Positions 57,984 through 64,000 of a stretch of 64,000 nt of DNA are shown here, piece after piece (position 1 is the first letter of the stretch; every line of letters begins with the position of its first letter). Made by a program: the position numbers and the translations under genes. The notes under the pieces are model-generated. The model did not search any database, had not been told where the DNA came from, and was given only the letters and a program-made list of their open reading frames with translations. The DNA is from Octopus vulgaris (lineage: Eukaryota). The stretch lies in contig OX597830.1 of assembly GCA_951406725.2 (NCBI GenBank), positions 73,718,001 to 73,782,000 of the forward strand, in the 5' to 3' direction.

Positions 57984-58308
57984 TACGTATATAATATATA
58001 TGTATATATATATATATATATGTGTGTGTGTGCATATATATATATATATATGTTTATATATATGTATGTATGTACGTATGTATGTATGTTTGTTGGTATG
58101 TGTAATTTCTTTGTTTTATATATATATATACTTATGTATGTATATGCATATATCTCTTTTTCACCAGAAAGAAAATTGTATACGTGTTCATTACAGCATA
58201 AATGTACAAGTGTTTATTGCAAAATACAAGATAAAAAGAACTCGGCATCAAAGCTTCAAATCTTTCATTAATGCAACTAGTTGAGAGAAACAGAGAAAGA
58301 GAAAGAGT

Positions 58309-58340
<32 letters not shown>

Positions 58341-58341
58341 T

Positions 58342-58391
<50 letters not shown>

Positions 58392-58821
58392 ACAAAGATA
58401 GAGAGACCGTATCTACATTACAAGCAATGATCTTAACACACTTGTTACAAACACACACTAGGTGAAGGATGGTTGGGTGACTGAACGTCTGCAGATACCA
58501 TTGATCGTTCGTGGATTTAGCAAATTTTCTCCTCACAAAATAATGAATTTATACCAAAAAATAAATACTGAGAAAGGCAATACATTTTAATAAACTTAAA
58601 TAGAATAGTTTGTCTCTTTTCTTGGCTTTCAAGACAACAAGGCAGCTAATTCTATTGGAGTTAATTTTGTTCTGTAAGAAGAGAACGGAGGAAGTGTCGG
58701 AGAGTAATTAGGCTAAGTGGCAGGAATTGTTGAAGAACTGCTGCAAGAATGGAAGGAGTGCTACGTATTTGTCTGTGCAGGTTGGCTATTGAGTGTCCGC
58801 AGGTCGTACCATTGGTAAAAC

Positions 58822-58981
58822 GTGAGTGGTTGTGTGGTAAGTAGCTTGCTTACGAACCACATGGTTCCGGGTTCAGTCCCACTTGGTGGCATCATGGGCA
58901 AGTGTCTTCTACTATAACCTCGGGCCGACCAAAGCCTTGTGAGTGGATTTGGTAGACGGAAACTGAAAGAAGCCCATCGTA

Positions 58982-59044
<63 letters not shown>

Positions 59045-59250
59045 CTGTGTGTGTTTCTGTGTTGGTGCCACCCAACATCGCTTGACAACCAATGGTGGTA
59101 TGTTTACATCCCTGTAATTTAGCAGTTCGGTATAAGAGACTGCTAGAATAAGTACTGGGCTTACAAAGAATAAGTCCTGGTGTCGATTTGTTTTTCTACT
59201 AAAGGCGGTGCTCCAGCATGGCCGCAGTTAAATGACTGAAACAAGTAAAA
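58822..59250 (+). mobile_element. SINE family B full length
   Basis: Near-consensus copy. Confidence 0.92.
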
Positions 59251-59381
59251 CAGTAATCCTAAGCATTATAACTGTGGCTCTCAATCTTTTTTTTGCTTTT
59301 GGACCTCTTGGATATCTGTTTTACTCAGGGAGAAGGAACCATCATAGCCAGTTTATTGCACATACATTTTAGCAACAAAAT

Positions 59382-59472
<91 letters not shown>

Positions 59473-60578
59473 AGTATTATAGTGCAGGAAGGCACAGAAG
59501 AAGCACGGAAACGAATAACGTAGAGGCTGTTGAAAAGACATTGTGAGTTCGTTGGATGGAAAAGACGTGATCAATATAGTCAGTAAAATAACTGCTTGAC
59601 TAAGGCTTAAATTTGATCAAATTATGTCGGATGGCTGGAATAAGGGTGTACGTTTTAAGAACCGTAGCTCGCATTTATTACAGGATACAGCTCTGATGAC
59701 GTGTCCATGTATAGCATCTGAAGATGTAGGACGAACTCATAAAAATATTTCGTTCTTGACTTTAGACATGCAAATATTTTCATAGCACTTTCTACATTTA
59801 TCTCCATGCATAATAGCATATTTTGACAAAATTACCGAAGAATTTCTCAATGTTAGGTCATAGATATCTGTAAATATATTTGTACAAGTTTTAGCTTACC
59901 AAAGATTCTCTCTCTCTCTCTCTTACTCTTTCTTTCTTTCTCTCTGTCTCTCTTTCATAGTCACAGCTAAAAGGATGGTAAGCATATATGTATTATGTAA
60001 AGCACAGATTTAACATGATATCCTGTAAGTTATAAGTGTTGATATATCTAACGGCTTTTATCGGAAATTTTATTTCTCCAGGAAATAAGTCTTTTACAAT
60101 ATCTACTTCAATCAAGAAACCGCATCATTTAATATCAGCATTTGAAGACACCGCATCTTACTTTTCTTTCAACTCACGACGAAATTTGCTGTTTGATAAC
60201 CTTTGAAGTTGTCACCAGAAACCGCTAGTGGGTCAAATCATTTACAAAAATCGAGAATCATTGCGTGTAAGTCTTAAATAATACAGTCACTTTTAGTTCA
60301 CACGTTCTTGAGGAAAACAGCAAATATTTTCTAACGCAAGAAACAAGAAACTCCTCCCTATACGCAAACAGTCGACATTTTTCTCAGCAACAATTCACTT
60401 CAGTCACAGAATTTCTATAATGTTCTGTCATGCTATTTTATTGATAATTTCGCTCGTGTGGCTTTTGTAATTTGAAGATCCGTAACACATATGACGTGAC
60501 GTCTTGTTGCAGGTTGGCACCTTGGGTGTCTGTGGGAGTTGTTGTTACTATAAGAAGGCCATGACCGAGATACACTAT

Positions 60579-60722
60579 GCCAGGAGTGACTGTGTGGTAA
60601 GTATATTGCTTACCAACCACATGGTTCCGGGTTCAGTCCCACTGTGTGGCACCTAGGGCGAGTGTCTTCTACTAAAGCCTTGTGAGTGGATTTGGTAGAC
60701 GGAAACTGAAAGAAGCCCGTCG

Positions 60723-60771
<49 letters not shown>

Positions 60772-60965
60772 TTGTGTGTCTGTCTTTGTCCCCACAACAT
60801 CGCTTGACAAACGATGCTGGTGTGTTCACATACCCGTCACTTAGCGGTTCGGCAAAAGAGACTGATAGAATAAGTACTAGGCTTGGGACGATTTGCTCCA
60901 CTAAAGGCGGTGCTCCAGTTTGGCCGCAGTCAAATGACGGAAGCAAGTAAAAGGGAGTAAAAGAG
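60579..60965 (+). mobile_element. SINE family B with internal deletions
   Basis: Head CAGGAGTGACTGTGTGGTAAG, tail GCAAGTAAAAG. Confidence 0.9.
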
Positions 60966-61399
60966 AGATTGTAATGTTCGTACATGAAGACATTTATGCA
61001 TAAAAAAGACTCCACCTATGGTAAATGCAAATTAAACAACGATTTGTGGCATATATTTCGATTGGTCTTAGCTATCAGAAAAAAAATTCTAGTCGGGTTT
61101 GACGCGTATATTTATATCCTCTACATTCATGTTAATGTAATTCTCAATAACCTGCTAAAAGATGGAAACCGGGTGTGTTTTTATTTTTTGTTTGTGTGAA
61201 TATCTCGTTTTACTGGAGCCTCAGCAGGACAACTGCTGTTCTAATGATGACATATGAGGCAGAAACAAATCACACGGTATCGTTTTGTTTCTAAACAATC
61301 AGACTGATGTTTTAAAAGCCATCATGACAATTTGTTTCTGTCCATCCATATAACGTTCTCTCTCTCTCACCATCTCCCTTTCCCCTGCCCTCTCTTTAG

Positions 61400-61455
<56 letters not shown>

Positions 61456-62312
61456 ATATATATATATTTATATATATATATATATATATATGTACGCAAA
61501 CTCGCACATACTCCGGTCTGGAATCTAAAACGAAACAACAGTTTAGGATCAAAGCGTAATATTAATTAATAGATAAAGACAAATTAACTCGTATTATATA
61601 CATGATCATTTTTTGTAGCTTCATACTAATATCTCTAAGAAGCAGGATGATAGCTCGCGAAATTATAACAGAAACGGTCGTAAGATAATGAAAGCTTTTA
61701 CTTAACTTCTGTTCTTTCCTCATGCATTCATTTCTCTCTCTCCCCCTCTTGATATATGTGTATGTGTGTGTTTGTGTGTGTGTTTATATTTGTAAATAAA
61801 TCCATGTGTATGTGTTTGTGTAAGTATGCGTTTACGTATGGATACACATTCATATATATACAATGAAAATGTATTCTGTAAACAATTGATAGTCATATTA
61901 TTTGAAGAAAGCTTTTCTTTAATTAAAAGTTAAGAACTACTCGTATATATAAAACAGATCTTAGAATAGGAATAAAACGCGGTGAAGCGAACTCTAGTAC
62001 TTGATGTTTATCTTAATTATGCAATCTCTTTCAAAACAGTAGCTACAAAATTACTAAGGCCATATCCCGCTACCTATAAACTTACAAACTGTATCAGAGC
62101 TAGGTAAAGAGATATTATAAGAATTTTCTTTTGAAATTGGTATCATAGCAAAGAAAAAAAAATTATAAAGAAAAAAGATGCAGGATACTCGAGACAAAAA
62201 ATGTAAATATACTTTAAGCAAGTTATCTGCTTCGGTTTTAAGGATATAATATATGTAGGATTCTCAATTACTCATTCGGTAACAAATGTACATCATTTCA
62301 AATTGATAAACG

Positions 62313-62314
<2 letters not shown>

Positions 62315-62344
<30 letters not shown>

Positions 62345-62490
62345 AAGAAGAAGAAGAAGAAGAAGAAGAAGAAGAAGAAGAAGAAGAAGAAGAAGAAGAA
62401 GAAGAAGAAGAAGAAGAAGAAGGAGGAGGAGGTAGAGAAGAAGAAGCAGAAGAAGAAGAAGAAGAAGAAGAAGAAGAAGAGGAGGAAGAA

Positions 62491-62537
<47 letters not shown>

Positions 62538-62690
62538 AGAAGACGATGAAAAGGAGACGATGATGAAGAAGAAGAAGAAGAAGAAGATGAAGAAAAAGAA
62601 GAAGAAGAAGAAGAAGAAGAAGAAGAAGAAGAAGAAGAAGAAGAAGAAGAAGAAGAAGAAGAAGAAGAAGAAGAAGAAGAAGAAGAAGAA
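62315..62690. repeat. Long (GAA)n polypurine tract
   Basis: ~375 bp, almost pure GAA/GAG. Confidence 0.95.
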
Positions 62691-63011
62691 ACAAGTAGTT
62701 ATGTCTTGCAGCAAAATGTTTTTGAGTGAAATGTAAGTTTGTATTAGAGCTATAGTATGTTTGGTTAATGTCTCCGTGAATTTGCCCTTAAAGAGGAGAG
62801 AATCTGTTATCGGTTTGAAAGAAGATGAAGAACTTGCATATTTAATTTTTAATTTTAAAACGTCCCAATTCTAATTTTTTTTTTAAATACAAAATAAAAG
62901 TAAGTTCCTAATTAATTTTTTTTTTTCTCGTTGGTAGTTGGGTAAAGTACTATTTCGGAAACATCATAAAAATAAGGAGACGTAACATATATTAGATCCG
63001 GAAATATTATT

Positions 63012-63148
63012 CTTTCCTACTCTGGGCACAAGGCCCGAAATATTTGGAGAAGGAGCCAGTCGATTAGATCGACCCTAGTACGCAACTGGTACTTAATTCA
63101 TCGCCACCATCCCCCCCAAAGGATGAAAGCCAAAGTCGACCTCGGCGG
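63012..63148 (-). mobile_element. 5'-truncated SINE family A with 18-bp TSD
   Basis: AGATCCGGAAATATTATT (62994-63011) / AGATCCGGAACTGTTATT (63149-63166). Confidence 0.88.
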
Positions 63149-63387
63149 AGATCCGGAACTGTTATTTGAAAGGGTATGGATATAAGATAACGTTTAAAGT
63201 ATGTGCGTTGGTGTATGTGTGGTTGTATGTGATTGTATGTAACTAAAAGCCTGCTTATCGTATGTGTGTGTGTGTGTATGTGTGTGTATGTGTGTGTGTG
63301 AGTGTGTGTGTGTCAATTATTTTGTGTGTGTATATGTGTGTATGAGTGTGTTTGCGTGTGTGTGTCAATTATTTTGTGTGTGTGTGT

Positions 63388-63428
<41 letters not shown>

Positions 63429-64000
63429 TGTTTTATGTGTTCTTATAAGATGTCTGAATAAGCATTAAATTCAGGAACAAAATTGGTTTCTTTTAAAGAA
63501 ACACATCAAATATAAACACAAGTACAAATGAAAAAACAAACACAAAAAATACAAGAGCTACCACGACGACGACGACACCTACTACAACAACAACAACAAT
63601 AGCAGCAGCGGTGGCGGCGGCGATAGCAGCAGCAGCAGCAGCAACAGAGAGGACGACTACCAAAAATCAGGAGCAGGGGTTGTTAAGCGGATGGAAACCA
63701 AGGTGAGGTGATGAAACTCTACATCAACGAATTACGTTCTGAGAGAAGTGTCAAATGGTGGAAAGGGTTGGATTTGCCAATTAAACGGATGTGTGTGTGT
63801 ATGTGCATGTATGTATGTGTGCAAGTGTGTTTGTATGCGTGTGTGTGTGTGAGCAAATGTTTGTGCGTGTTTGTATGTGTGTGTGTGTGCAAATGTGTAT
63901 GTGTGTGTGTGTCTTATGGACATTGACGTGTTTCGGGTGGAGAGTTAAAGAAGAAATTGGGATGGATGCGTATTACTGACGGTTTAGGTATTGGTGTTGC

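Overview
AT-rich, microsatellite-saturated, non-coding eukaryotic DNA. The SINE families look like those of an octopus or other coleoid cephalopod; this is recognition from memory, not a database hit. I find no intact protein-coding gene: almost every ORF in the track is a translation of (TA)n, (CA)n, (TACA)n, (GA)n or trinucleotide repeats. The window holds many copies of two tRNA-derived SINE families (A, with a Meta-like core; B, with a CORE-like domain and an internal microsatellite) and one copy of a third SINE. It also has decayed LINE fragments (two RTE, three R4/Dong-type, one CR1), non-autonomous Helitrons, Tc1/mariner ends and a recent ~0.85 kb tandem duplication. The most interesting signal is a set of short Penelope-type units, mostly in (TA)n context, that fold as minimal type-I hammerhead ribozymes. 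Several have variant cores (CCGANGA, CUGUAGA), palindromic helix III and inverted-pair arrangements. Weaker leads are a divergent miR-10/miR-993-like hairpin, recurring YY1/Pho motifs in the small unique-sequence islands, and possible minus-strand non-coding exons. Repeat boundaries are approximate unless a junction is quoted.
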